Shown here one piece after another: positions 50,579-63,900 of a stretch of 64,000 bases of DNA (position 1 is the first letter of the stretch; each line of letters starts with the position of its first letter). The DNA lies in the NCBI GenBank assembly GCA_030704615.1, contig CM060734.1, positions 39,804,001 to 39,868,000 of the forward strand. Reading direction: 5' to 3'. This DNA is from Takakia lepidozioides. Its lineage: Eukaryota > Plantae > Bryophyta. The notes under the pieces were generated by a model. The model worked only from the letters and a program-made list of their open reading frames with translations, was not told where the DNA came from and searched no databases. The translations under genes and the position numbers were made by a program.

Positions 50579-52758
50579 ACCCATGGCTCATTATTCATAT
50601 TATAGAATTTACATTATGCCATGATAGATACCCACATCAATTTTATATGTATAAATGGGACAAATACGAACCCCTCTTTGTGTTGGCCCTTCGTCAACAT
50701 GAATGTAACATGGCCCCTTTACTATAAATACTGCATGTATTATAGGAGCCGCTCATAGCCATGATATCCACATCCTTAAGGAAACCTCAAACTCTCCCCT
50801 AAATACATCACCCCTTCCGCACCATGCATTTTACAACTATCACATTGCTTACAACCCTGAATCTTAACAAGTGAAAAATTGAAAGTGACCAACTTGCCAC
50901 AGCTTAATTGATAAATTTGGTACCAATAGACCCATCTCTTAAAAGAGGTAGTACTTGCAAGGGGAAGAGGCTCTTTATTTACACTTGCTCCGGCAGGCGT
51001 TATATATATATAAACGCAAGAGTAGGCGATGAGACTTTAGATCAGCTTTAAAATCCTCATCCATGGATAATTTTGTAGCGGATATTCAGTACGAGAAAGG
51101 AAGGGAAAATTCGAAAGCTCATGATACAGTGACTCGTGTGGCTCCACATGTTTCCAGGCCCATGGTGATCCTGGAAGATTTAACAGCTTTTGATGTTACC
51201 CATCCAACAACTTCCCCTAGAATGTTCTACAGATGTGTTGTGCAAACCCTGTTATGGATCTTCTCTCTTGAGATCCTCGGCCTATTAGGAGGTAGCCTAT
51301 ACTATAAGCGCACACAAATGCATGCATATGGAGGAATGTATGTGTGCATACAAATTTTAGATATGCATAGGAACAATTTTATATGCACAACACTTAAATA
51401 AGGGTACCCAAAAAAAATAAAAATAAATTGTGATTCATCTAATCTTAGGGTCCATAGTCAAAATATCAAAGGATGGAATAAGAATATTCTATATAGAATA
51501 TTCCATATTCATTGTATTATTATTCCACATGGGTGAGTGTAGGAATGGGAGAGGAACATGTTGCTTTTATGGCTTTCCAACATGAGAAAAAAGGTCGAAA
51601 AATTAAAAAGTGACGAGGCACGACTCCTTGTTAGTTACAAATGGTGAAGGTACGGGCTCTTCCAATGGTGGGAGTCTAGTTTGAAGTTCAGAATGGAGCA
51701 ATGCTCAGGGAATGCTAGGGAGCTTGACAATGTGATGGAGATGGTCCGCCTGCGCATTTGGGTAGTAAATGGCGATGGCCCGCAAGGGAATTCAATTTTA
51801 CAAAAAGACTATTGATTGGTAATCGAACCCGCAATCTCATACTTAAAAAACATAATCCTTACCAAACCACCACCCATTTAATCTTGTTACATAGGTTTTG
51901 CAGTATCTATATATCTATCTTCTGAAACATTTTTATTTTACAAAAACATAATGTCCATCGGAGATAGAACCCACAACCTATCGGGTATCAAGCCTAATTC
52001 ATACCACTACACTACCCATTTAGACTTGAAACACTATTGAAATGAAACACTAATGAGATAAAGATAGTCACCCTGTGTGTACATAACATGCTACAATACT
52101 CATAAGGGTTGATCTTACTAATGATGAAATTTGATAGTGCTGAAGTGCATGTCGAACTTGCATTCAGGTAAAGGGATCTATGAAATGCAGTAGAGATCTA
52201 TGTACAAACTATTATATAGATAAATCAAATGACAGGAAGATAACATGAAATCTGATTTCAACACCATGTCATTTGTCCCATTTGTTTTACCTTACACTAG
52301 AGAGAAATATATGTATTATAAAAAATAACCAAAAATTCGGACTGACAATGAGGACAATGTATTGTATATGTAATTTCTAATTACCTACATAACATCATCA
52401 GCTGATATTTCATCATCTGTGTCATAAGCCTGTGATTCAGAGGCATACACCAAAGCCTCAACTCTACGCAACCTATCTATGGATTGTCCAACAATAGCTG
52501 CTCTTCGGTCAAACAACAGATCATTGGAAAGACCTACATCACGTTGTTGATGTATTGAATGCAAAGCTTGGGACTCGGCATACGAAGGTAGATAAAACAA
52601 TGAAAGAGGACTTTGGGTAGACTATCGTAGATGGTCCGCACAATCCCATCACTGCATCACACATACATGTATACTTATGTTAACAAATCAAATGGGAATG
52701 GTTTGCTTTGCAAATAATATAGAGATTGCAACAAAGGAATGGAGGCGAGACATACTCA

Positions 52759-55700
52759 CTAGGAAGTACTGCCGAGATGAAGACCAAGCTTGCGCGCCAC
52801 TTTAGGAGCGGGGGGTTCCAACAAACTCACAAGACGTTGAATGGTTGGAGTTACCACAGATGAAACTAAAACAGGTTGAGTATTTTGAAGTGCAGAGAGA
52901 CGTGCTGCATACAACGTCTGGTCCCCCTCAAGACCAAATACGTGACGTCCAGACTTGCGGGCAGCAATAATGTAGAACCTGCAGGAAAAAACATGCAATG
53001 GTGATATTATATCGGATAACAGTTATGATCATGAATCAGCTCAGAAGATTTTTAATTACAAAATGGAGACCAATGCAAACCTGTGCCAGCTGTGAGATCC
53101 AAAATGCGGGAGCCAGGAGGTGAGCATGTCTCCAACAACACTTGCATGAAGGCGGGACTACGGTCTCGCGCACCCCTCCAGGCTTGTTGAGGAGTTTGCA
53201 TGGGTAGTGCAACATCTGGAATGTGGTTGTAGATGACATCCAACTCAACAGGGTCTGCAAGGGGGTCGACAACTTTGCCAGACTCGCGCAGTTTGAATAG
53301 TCCTCCTTGCTTGGTGAGGACATGGGCGTGGAAGAACATGGTCTGTTAGACGTGCCATTTCCACAAAAACAGTGCACCCGGATGGTTGTCTGAGTGTGTA
53401 GAGGGGTGGTATTGATGCAAGTATATTTCCTTGATAATACGGAAATAGAGCTGCCCCTGGAGTAAGAAAAGAGCTCCAATGCAAAGGAATCATCGGAGCC
53501 CTGCAAGAACACCAAGCATCCATTGTCATCCAACATGTCATTAGCAATGGAGAATGCATACTCCCAATACCGTTTATCGAAAGCATTCCAGGGAGGAATC
53601 TGTACACCATCCAAACAGCCCTGTACATGCATTCCTGTTGGGCAGTCCACGATGATCATGTCCACAGCCACAGGCACGCTTTTTCCATCCACAACACTAG
53701 ACCAAGTTCCTGGCAACTGCAAACAACATACATAAAATGTAGGAGTCAATAGCCGGATGATGAGGATATAAAAATATCAAAGAATTCCTTACATTCAAGT
53801 TTGTTTGTTGGGGGAAACTCACATTTTTGAAGAACTCCATGAGCTCTTTCAAGGTCGCATCAGGAGATGTACTTGAGGCCTCCACCATATCAATGAAATG
53901 AGTAGGCATGATCTTCATGCGATACATGCTAGGTGCACCACCAGAAAATGACACTGCACTGTAAGGATGTTCGCATGCCTTTGGCTTGTTTCCTCGAGTA
54001 GTAGGTGCATGCACTACAACCAACTGATTTGAAGGATGTGAAGAACTACCAATAGGACGAGCAATAGAAGCCACACCTACATTGGGGGCCACACCTGCAT
54101 TGACATCCGCACATTTTTTTTTTCGTGATTTGCGTTTTGGTACACCCACAACGGCAGGGGACCACTTGGGCTACAACGTCAGCGGCCTGTGTAGCAATTT
54201 GTTCTGCATGCTCCAGATCAAGAACAGGGACTTCAGTGGAGATACCCCCTTCATCACTCACTGACTGCCTGCGAACACATTCCTTATGAAGTCCCATTTC
54301 CGCATAGGGGATAGTACCCTTGGGCATATCCAAATACCAACCCCCCCCTTCCCAGTGTTCTACACCCCAATCTTCCTCAATTGCAGGTGTGTACATGGAA
54401 GCTTGTTGAGCACCAAACTTCCAGGCCATCAGAACTTGGGCTCAGCCTTAAGTCGATCACTCGGTACAAGCACAAATCTCATGTACCTAAAATACAAACA
54501 CATTCAAAGTTATTGTGGAGACAAATATTTATGCAACATGTTCAACAATTGAACAAGCACATTAAGAAACGTGTATATCCCAATGTACTAGAAAAATACT
54601 TGAAGTATAGACATTTTTGACTTACAAGGTATATATACTATCCATGTACAATGCAATGGAAAGATGGCACCTGAATAAAATCCGTCTCACCACCTTCTCC
54701 CCACCTGTTTGTTATTCCCAATCATTGCCTCTGAATGGCCCCTTTGGCAATGAGAACTCTCTATGAAACAACTCATTGAAATGAGTCATCTTCCATGTAT
54801 CCATGTAGTCTCCCAGACTCTCACTCTCTCCTTCCTCCAAGGCAACATGAAATTGGCCAAGCTGAGTGGTGTACAAGGCAAACTGAGCCAAGGCAACCTT
54901 GCGAAGCTGCCAGAAAATACAGTCAGTTAAATAACTATGTTAATGTGTCATCAACAAAATGAATTAATTGCATTGAGAAGATAGTGATTGTATATGTACC
55001 TGCCACCAAAAAGTCCTTCTATTCAGCTAAGGATCAAGTGTTGGCCCACTGATAGGCCCGGGTGGAAAAAAATTACGGTCGTGAAGTGTTTGGTCTCCAT
55101 TCCATATATGTAGCCATTCCACCTTTTCTTCAGGATCCACCCGGGCGGTAGCAATGTTCAATGTTCACCATTTTCTCTTGGGTCATTTCCTCCGATTTTG
55201 CCTTTACACGTGACCAATGCAGTTTAAGTTCTTGGAGAAACCCCTCTCCAAGGGTTGGATTAGCAATATGAAGCAACTTCACAAGCTGACTCTTGTGTTG
55301 CTCCCTTGCTTTCAATCTAGCCTGTCTCATTGTATCTTCAAGGCCCTCTTGACTCTTTGGCCCCTCAGCAAGTTTGTAAGCTTCCCCCGCCATGCGTTGG
55401 GCCTCAACAATATCATGCTGCCAAAAGAACCAAAACAGTTCATAACATTAACCAGAGGTGAATCTTGTCTATGGATGCAAAGAATAAAACTTGGTTAAGA
55501 CATGATGTTACCTTGTACAAAATCTCTGTCATTGCATGGACTGTCAGGTTATACCAAGTCTTTCCTGCTTTCTTGATGCATTCGTCGTATTGCTCTTTCC
55601 TCAATACATTCTTCCATTCAGAGACAGGTGTAAGGCCAATCATATTGAGCTTGCAAACCAAGTGCACAAATTTGGATGTAACATGTGCCATCTCTGTTGC

Positions 55701-56853
55701 CCTACACATATAAAATATGATCATTAGAAAGAAGATGTGTATGTGTACATCCATTGAGTAAGAACATGATAACATTGAACATGAAAGTAAATGAAGAATA
55801 GAAAGGAAACTCACACATTCACTCCATCCATGATGGACCTGAGGGAACCACAATTTTCAATGTCCGCATTGAGCACCCAACTTGTCAGGAAGAATGAATC
55901 TTTGTATTTGATTACTAATTTGAAATATAGCCAGCTCTAGCAAAGCAGGCCAGTAGGTTGGATCTATGATATAAGGCCAATGTAAGGCCTCTATGTGCTA
56001 ATCCCCCCCCCCCACTAGCAAGCCATGGAGGCCTAGGGGAGGGTGGATTGTATTCTTTTTGTCTTGGGGTTTGGGCGGGCTAATTTCGCTTGACAGCAGC
56101 TATCCCAAAGTCGCGAGCAGCCCGAGAGGAGCCCGGGTGCTGCGCCTAGAGAGTAAGGACTCGATTACTAAAAGCGTGGAGGCAGCCGTGGTCAAGCCAC
56201 GACGTACGGGTGCGGGGCCCCAGCGCTGACCTTAAGTTGTACTGAGATCAAGTACATCAGCCGCGTGGCACAAGCGTGCGAGCACAGACATGTCTTGACA
56301 AGTTGGCCCCATGAACTTCATTGATATAGGGATACCATGCTTGAAGCCTATGATTCCCATCCCAGACATGAAACATCTTCCCCTGAAGATGATGCAACTT
56401 TGGCTTAGACTCAAAATACTTCTCAAACTCATCATTGACTGTTTTCCAATGACTATCCCATGTAGAGATGATATCTGGACCTACATCTATAGTAGATCCA
56501 TCAATCCCCTCAACAGAAACATAGAACACGGCTGCTCCTGGATGGTATCCAGAATAGAAGTCTCCTCTAAGCTTTAGGATGTCGTTGGCAAGGGCGGGCC
56601 TAACAACCTGCATAGAAATCATGCGACACAATGGAATGTCCATAACTCCATCCTCAATGAGGAGGGACCTGAAAGTTACATTCAGATCTTGTTTCTTTTC
56701 CAGAATAATTGCCTGTTTGGCATCTAGAGAAAGAGGATCACTAGATGTTGTATCCTCTTCATACTCATCTGCCCCCCAATTCCCTGCATCAATGTTGTCA
56801 ATAATGGTTGCAAGCGTCCCGGCCTCCACAGCTTCAGTTGTAGTAGTAATTTC
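52759..56853 (-). pseudogene. Multi-exon ParB/Srx-like domain + beta-class N6A/N4C DNA methyltransferase gene, decayed
   Basis: ParB-like: DIPLCRMISMQVVRPALANDILKLRGDF...FHVWDGNHRLQAW (56257-56853). MTase: VDMIIVDCPTG (53633-53665), LDDNGCLVF, RSPAFMQVLLETCSPPGSRILDLTAGT|GST/IIAARKSGRHVFGLEGD across intron 53080-52979. Frameshifts, stops and an insertion are present. That both domains belong to one gene is inferred from colinear same-strand exons. Confidence 0.75.
55981..56235. mobile_element. GC-rich insertion of about 250 bp, possible solo-LTR remnant
   Basis: Starts TGTAAGG and ends CCTTAA (near inverted); interrupts the ParB gene; no clear TSD. Confidence 0.35.
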
Positions 56854-57329
56854 CTAATTCCATAGACCAAAACAGTTCAAGATGTCAGTGTATGAGAAGA
56901 GCACATGTGTGAATGTATAATATGTAAAAAGAATAGTTCAGTGTCATGGTTGCATGAAGAAAACAAATGAATTTGGATAGTCAACTAATTCCATGAATAT
57001 CCTTGTCTTTCAAAGCTTACAACTTGGAACAGCATACAGGCCTGAGCATCCTGACAGAGGACCTCCGACCACCTACGCCGGCGCATATGACACATATGTG
57101 CAACCAACTCAAAATTTGACAAGCTTTGAGGCCCTTGAAGAAATTTTTGCTCAAGGAGCTCCAAGCATATGCGTCGGCACATACCATGGAAGGGAGGTTG
57201 TAGCCAAACATACAGGAGCACCTTGAAAGATCAAACTAGGCCTATGGAAGCATGTGGAGTTGTGGAGGTGACAACGTAGAATCTTGAGATACTTGAATAC
57301 TATGATCAACCAAAATAGGGAAGGTTCCC

Positions 57330-58190
57330 CAAGCGTCTGCGCCGACGGAGGTGGCAGCCTCGACACTTTGGAGCTTACGTAACACAAGGAATATACAACA
57401 AAAAACCTAGCTCTAAGCATCTCCGCTGGCGGAGATGCTTGCTGAGGTTCCTGAAACCTAGGAGCTGAGCAAAAAAAGATTGTGCTCAATGGGTATGCGC
57501 CGGCGGATATGGCAGCCCAGCCCGCTCGGAGCATCAACAACTTATGAGAATGCGGAGAAACAAAAGAGATGGAAGGGGGGGAGAACTTTCTGAAATATGT
57601 GAGCAACCCTGCTGCACGGGTCTGCGTTGACAGAGGTGGCAGCCTTGGCGCTTTGGAGCTTCCGTAACACAAGGAATATGCAAAAAAAACCAAGCTCCAA
57701 GTGTCTCCGCCGGCGGAGACGCTTGCAGGAGGTTCCTAAAACCTATGAGCTGAGCAAAAAAAAATGTACTCAATGGGTATGCGCCGGCGGATATGCCAGC
57801 GCAGCCCGCTCGGAGCATCAACAACTTTTGAGCATGCGGAAAAACAAAGGAGATGGAAAATGGGAGAACTTCCTGAAACATTTGAGCAGCCCTGCTGCAT
57901 AGGTATGCGTCGGCGGATACGCCAGCCCAACCCGCTCGGAGCATCAGCAACGTATGAGCATGCAAAAAAATAAACGGGATGGGAGTAGAGGAGCACTTCC
58001 TGAAACTTGTGAGCATCCCAGCTCCAACGGTATGCGCCAGTAGAGGTGGCAGCCCAGCCCTTCCAAGCATCAGAAAAAACCAAGGGGAATGAGCTGTCTC
58101 CGCCGGCGGAGACGGTTGTGTGTATGTGTGGAGATTCGCAAACTTGTGAGAATTGAAGTGACTTAGGCATCTGCGCCGGCGGAGGTGCTA
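57330..58190. repeat. About 285-bp tandem repeat (2 copies plus partial subunits) rich in CGCCGGCG palindromes
   Basis: Units at about 57335 and 57621. Perfect GTCTCCGCCGGCGGAGAC at 57703-57720 and 58096-58113; 26-bp near-palindrome at 57415-57440. Confidence 0.85.
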
Positions 58191-58599
58191 GATTAGGAGC
58201 AGCTTGGTGGGGCTTATGCGATGGCGCATATGCCTAAGTGCAGGTCATGAAAAAAAACAAAACTACAACTTACCTTCTCCGTCCGCAACTTGCCTCTACC
58301 ACCACCACCAGCAACGCCTCCCCCCTGAAGTGTCTTACTTCCTCCCCATCGCCGCAACAGCTCGTTGCCTCGAGGTGGTATAGTATAAGGCCGAGATGCG
58401 GCGCCTCCGTCTCCTCTTTGCAACGGGAGTCTCCAGGGTGTAGAGACTAGAGACGTGTTAAGTGCTTGTGTAGTTTGTGTGTGTCTGTTTGGGGGAGTGG
58501 CAAGGGATAATGTGCAAGTATACTAGACTACGTTAGTGTAGTAATGATACCGGGTTAGTCATGTAGTAATGGCAACAAGTTTAACTGAATAGAAACAGT

Positions 58600-60193
58600 T
58601 TATTCTAGCGCCGACCGAAGGTCGAGAGCTAGTTTAGCATAGAGCAGGAATAGGGTGCCATAGTGCCACATCATCATCGCCATGTGTCGTAGCCACGTGT
58701 CGTCGCCACGTTTCGTACGTCGTCAATTTCTTTCTATCTGCCCGGATTGCTCGAAAAATCCGAAAATAACTTCTTGAACGGTACTTCGTCGAGACTGACC
58801 CTTTTCCTCCCTGCTTCTGTTTGATGTTCAAAGAAGAGAGAGAGAGCGCGAGCGCAATGGCTACATAGGTTGATAAGGCCTGGCCACAAGATCGAGAACA
58901 GTATGGTGATGGAAGAGTTCAAAGTGCGGTTCTGGTGTAGACGGTGGAGCTCCTTTGGAGCTTGCAGATGAAAGTGAGTATGACTCACAGTGACGCAGCC
59001 TTGTCATGCACAAGCTTGTTTAGCCTCTTGGACATGTTGAAATATTCCTCATTGTGTAGTGTCCAATGAGCTCACAGTGACTCGCGTGAATGCTGTTGAA
59101 AACTAAACTAGAACTCCTCAAAAAAGGACCTGTCACAGTTTTGATTGTGTCCGATTTTTGGGCACAAACGTCTACAGTGCTGCCATGAAGTTTTGAAAGA
59201 TCTCTATAATGGTGGGACAGCCGTAAAGGCAAAGTGTAGCTTTTGTAGTGTACAATGTGAAGAAGTTTGTCCGTTGTGCAAAAGTGGGTCCTTCATGATT
59301 TGTTCTTTGCCGTGTTGTTTACAATGTACTTGGGAGGGTCGGCTCGGTTTTTCAGGCGGTGCTTCAATCTATTGCGCCTCAGCTGCACCGTGGTGGTCCT
59401 CAGAGACCAATCAGTTATCACCCAACTACAGACACAAGCAGCGCACACAAGAAGTCCTTTGGGTTGGTGGTTGGTTGAATCCCCCTTCGGTGAAAGAAAA
59501 GCTAGCTGCCTTCATGACACAAGGTGAAGGACAATGTGGTGAGGGCACCTTCTTCTTCAACACATTTAAGCCTGCTTTGTCCTCTTATCAGAATCTTATC
59601 AGACAATCGAGGCAAAAAGGAGAATGCTTGTTAAACTTCAGAGAAGTAGACAACAAGATGCATCACAAAGCTTTCTTGGAAATTGTCATCCTCTCTCTCT
59701 CTCTTTCTCCCCAGCACATTTTTAAAGTCTTGGGACCAATTTAGAGTAGGAGCTAGTGTGTGATCAGTAGGGTTTGGGTGTTTGCTAGAAAAAATTCAGC
59801 TGTCATTGTCAGCTTCTAGCAGCAAGGGCAAGGTCTATGCATTAATGGTGCTGAGGAAGGGATAGTTGAAGGAGAGCAGGGATAGAGTGTGGGTCCAGAT
59901 TCATCCAAGAGGGATGGATATCAGGCACAATAGTGCCCATGATTCCCTGTGGATTGATAGCTACAGGAAACCTACATGGGTAGATGGTCAATTGGAAACA
60001 GCGGCAGCGACATATTTGAAATCAGGTGCTCCACCATGGCCACAGCTTCCAAGGGAGGACCAAGAGATGGAGTCCACAATACCGCTTCTGGCACTTCTGG
60101 GCACGTGAGGATGCTATGTGAGGCAGGGCAACTGAAAGAGGCTCTACAGATTTTGAAGGGTTTCAGCAGATTCAACAGATTCATATACTTATG
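58600..60193 (+). mobile_element. Helentron/HLE2-like element C, 5' part, interrupted by a Gypsy element
   Basis: ttattctagcgccgaccgaaggtcgagagctagttt; first 280 bp near-identical to 27619-27886; further blocks shared with element A (59285-59415 vs 24120-24265; 59602 vs 25631). Confidence 0.75.
59875..60193 (+). pseudogene. N-terminal fragment of the same PLS-PPR family
   Basis: RVWVQIHPRG...WIDSYRKPTWVDGQL / GVHNTASGTSGHVRMLCEAGQLKEALQIL. Confidence 0.85.
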
Positions 60194-60916
60194 TGTCGCG
60201 GCCCTTTGCCTTGAGGGCAGGGGGTCGGGACACATGAGGGGCTGCCCCTGTGGTGGGGGCAGCGGCGGCGATAGGTATGGGGGGCTGAAGCACCCTTGAG
60301 TGCCCAAGGCACTCAAGGAGGCGGAGGCGCTCACTAGGTGGAGCCCCGCACACGGGTTGCGGTGGAGGTGGCTCCACAAGGGGTGGTGGTAGCTTAGTGG
60401 GACTTAGTGGGGGTGGCATAGGACTCACTATGGGGTGGAGACCTCGAGGTGGGAGTCGTGGAGAGTCTTGGGACTCATCACGGTCCATTGGGGCCGCGGT
60501 GAGTGGGCCAAGACTCACCGCGACTCACCACCGGGAGTCGAGGGTTTTCGTGGTGGTTCGCCATAAAATGGCATGGCTGGTTATGAAACCCCCGCGGACA
60601 GCTACAGAAGTATATATAGGGAGTAGTAACCCCGAGAACGGTGCAAGCCCGTTGGTGACCAAAAACTAGTGAGTAAGCGTGCGAGCCGGAAAGCGACCAA
60701 AGAGTGGGGAGCTGTTCCGGACTGCCATCTACCAAAGGGAATTCTCCTAGTCCCAAATAGGTGGAGGGTTTAGAGGGAAGCGGAAGGGGACCGTTATGTC
60801 CCGGTGAGCAGCCGAAACTCCAAGTTGGCCCGGCGGCCAGGTTGGGAGTCAGGCGCGCGCATCAAAGCGAGTAACTATGACTTGAAGGGGAGTTTACCGA
60901 ACTGAGGTGTGCGACA
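60194..60916 (+). repeat. 5' LTR, 723 bp
   Basis: TGTCGC...GCGACA inverted ends; TATA-like tatata at about 60611; predicted TSD TTATG. Confidence 0.88.
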
Positions 60917-60918
60917 CT

Positions 60919-60930
60919 TGGTATCAGAGC
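60919..60930 (+). promoter_or_regulatory. Primer binding site, tRNA-iMet
   Basis: TGGTATCAGAGC 2 nt after the LTR end. Confidence 0.9.
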
Positions 60931-60971
60931 TTAGAGTTCAGTACGCGATCGTCCTTGGGATTGGCCTCATC

Positions 60972-63900
60972 ATGGGGTCGGGCAAGCCGAAGCGAAAGCG
61001 GAACGGCCCAAAAGATGATGATCCCGGTGAGCCCGATGGGGGCGACGTGTCACCGAGGCGGCCGTTTGAGGAAGCGATTAATGTTTCCGAAAACGAGGCC
61101 GCTCAGGAGCGGGAGGAATCCGAGGAGTCGGAGCCCGAGGAATCTTTGAGAGCTCCGACAAACCAAGAGATGCCTCCCATGCCGGCAGCCTTTTGGGAAG
61201 GGTTGTTGGCGCAGTTTGGCGGGACGTTGAAAGACGTGTTGAAGGCGGCTAATGCCACTTCCACCAAGGCAAAGTTTAAGGTGAAGCCTAAGGAACCCGG
61301 CACCTTCGAGGGCGTTCGAAACCGGAAGGCACTCAACACCTGGCTCCTGGAGCTAGAGCAGTACTTCCGGGCGGCCAAGTTGAGTGACGAGGATCGGGTG
61401 GAAGTGGCTCCCACCTATTTGAGGGGCTATGCTCAACAATGGTGGCAGAAACGCCTTCACGACCGAGGCCCAAGCCCGGAAACCTTGAACTGGAGTGAGT
61501 TCAAGGAATTGATGAAGAGACAGTTTGTGCCCCTCAACGCGTCCTGGCTTGCCCGGGACAAGATGAGGAATTTGAAGCAAACAGATGACATTCGGGGGTA
61601 TGTCCAGGCTTTCAATGTGCTGTTGCTCGAAGTCGCGGACATGGCAGAACCAGAAATGGTCTTCAACTTTGTGGCGGGACTGGCCCCATGGGCTAGGCGG
61701 AAGTTGGAGGAGAAGCCACCCAAGACTTTGAACGAGGCAATTGAGAGAGCTGAATGTTTCTCGGATGTCCCTAGGGGTGAGAGACAAGGCCGTACGGAGC
61801 TGAACCACAAGAAGACCCGGCGGGAAGGTGACTCCTCCCGACCGGAAAAGAAGTGGGATAGGCCACGCGGCGAAAATGGCACGTGGAAATCGAGGGGAGG
61901 TCCTTCACACGTCAAGGCGGCACCCGGTGCTTCGAAAGGAAAAACGGGTGGAGCGACTTATGGCGGACAGAAGGCGACCTTTGATGGAGTGTGTTTCAAT
62001 TGCGGGGAGCCCGGGCACATGGCCAAGAAGTGCACGAAGCCCCGGCAATTGAACATGACTCGGGCGACCACGGAGCTGTCGGAAGATACCATCAGTCGCT
62101 TGGTGGAAGCGGTGGTCGCCAGGACTTGCAAGGTAGGCAAATTTTCTTGTGAGTTGTATCAGGAAACTGGCGCCTTACGAAAAGGGAGTCAGTTATTGTT
62201 CGTGGATGGGATAATATCCGGAACTAATGTGTCGTTGTTGGTGGACATAGGAGCGTCGCACTCCTTCATGACGCCGGCGGCGGCGCGAAAGTTGGGACTC
62301 CCGACAAGTGACGTGGGGGCCTCTATTGAGGTGCGCTCTGCCAAAGGAGAACCTCAGTTGGCGACAAGGTTGGCGTTTGATGTTCCTCTTCAACTGGGGA
62401 GTTGGGAGGGACGTGAGAACTTCACTATCTGCGAGATCGATGGAGTGGATCTCATTTTGGGAATGACCTTTTTGAGCAAATCCGGAGCGGTCATAGATGG
62501 CCGCAAGAGAGTAGTCACGCTGCCATGTGGGAATGGTGGCGAGGTTTTACGAGTGTCGGAAACGCCCAAATCCGTGGAGGGCGAATAAACCTTCTATCAG
62601 CAAAGGAGTGGGCCGTGGAGGAGACACACGAGTCCCAGTTTTTGCTTTACATTAGAGAAGTGAAAGGAGAAGGCGATGGGAGCCGAGCCCAGATTGGATC
62701 AAGGGGATTTTGGAGAAATACCAGGATGTGATGCCGAGGATTTACCAAGCGGCTTGCCACCGCGAAGAGGAGTTGACCACAAAATTGAGGTGATACCGGG
62801 ATCGGAACCGCCTGCCAAGGCGCCCTACCGGTTGAGCCACAAAGAGTTGGTCGAGCTGAAGACTCAGCTCAAAGATCTAATGTCAAAGGGGTACATCCGG
62901 CCGAGTAAGTCACCTTACGGAGCCCCGGTGCTATTTGCAGACAAGAAGGATGGGACGCTGCGGATGTGTGTCGATTACAGGGCTCTGAATAAGGTGACTA
63001 TCAAAAACCGGTACCCTTTGCCAAGGATCGACGACCTCTTCGATCGGTTGGCAGGAGCGAAGTATTTCAGCCGGATCGACTTGCGCTCCGGCTATCACCA
63101 AATTCGGGTGGCGGAAGGAGATGAGGAGAAGACCGCGTGCAGGACAAGGTATGGTTCATATGAGTTCTTGGTGATGCCTTTTGGGCTCACCAATGCACCA
63201 GCGACATTTAGCACGCTGATGAACAGCCTTTTCCAGGAGTGGTTGGATGACTTTGTGATCGTGTACATCGACGACATCTTGGTGTACTCGAAAACAAAGG
63301 AGGAGCACCTGGAGCACCTCAAAAGGGTGTTCCAAAAATTGCGAGAAGGGAAGCTGTATGCCAAAGCTTCAAAGTGCGAATTCGGGGTCACAAAAGTGGA
63401 GTTCTTGGGGCACGTGATTACACAGGATGGGATCAAAATGGATGACAGAAAGGTGAGGGCGATCTTGGACTGGGAGCCTCCGACTTCGGTCCCGGGAGTG
63501 CGATCCTTCCTAGGACTCGCCTCCTATTACCGGAAGTATGTGAGAAATTTCGCCAAGATCGCGGGGCCGCTGTCGGACCTTCTGTGTAAATCCAAAGTCT
63601 GGGTATGGAACACATTTTGTGGCCAAGCTTTTGCTGAATTGAAGCAGCGGATGACGGAAGCTCCAGTCTTAAAAATCCCGGAGTTCGATCGTCCGTTTGA
63701 GATTCATACAGATGCATCGGACTTCGCAATTGGGGGTGTACTTATGCAAGATGGACGTCCAGTGGCTTACGAAAGTAAGAAACTGAATGAAGTGGAGCGA
63801 CGGTGGCCGACGCACGAAAAAGAGATGAAGGCGGTGGTACATTGCCTTGAACTCTGGCGCCACTATGTTGGTTCCAACCCAGTGAAGGTGTTCACGGACA

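Noticed and set aside
57151-58170. 144-180 aa ORFs on the minus strand
   Set aside because: By-products of GC-rich tandem repeats
49723-58538. CACTA element enclosing the ParB-MTase gene (CACTAG at about 49723, TAGTG at about 58535)
   Set aside because: The TIRs do not match beyond the pentamer and there is no convincing TSD; the element boundaries remain unknown
62575-62590. Programmed gag-pol frameshift
   Set aside because: It falls after the protease, has no slippery heptamer, and further frameshifts follow, so decay is more likely
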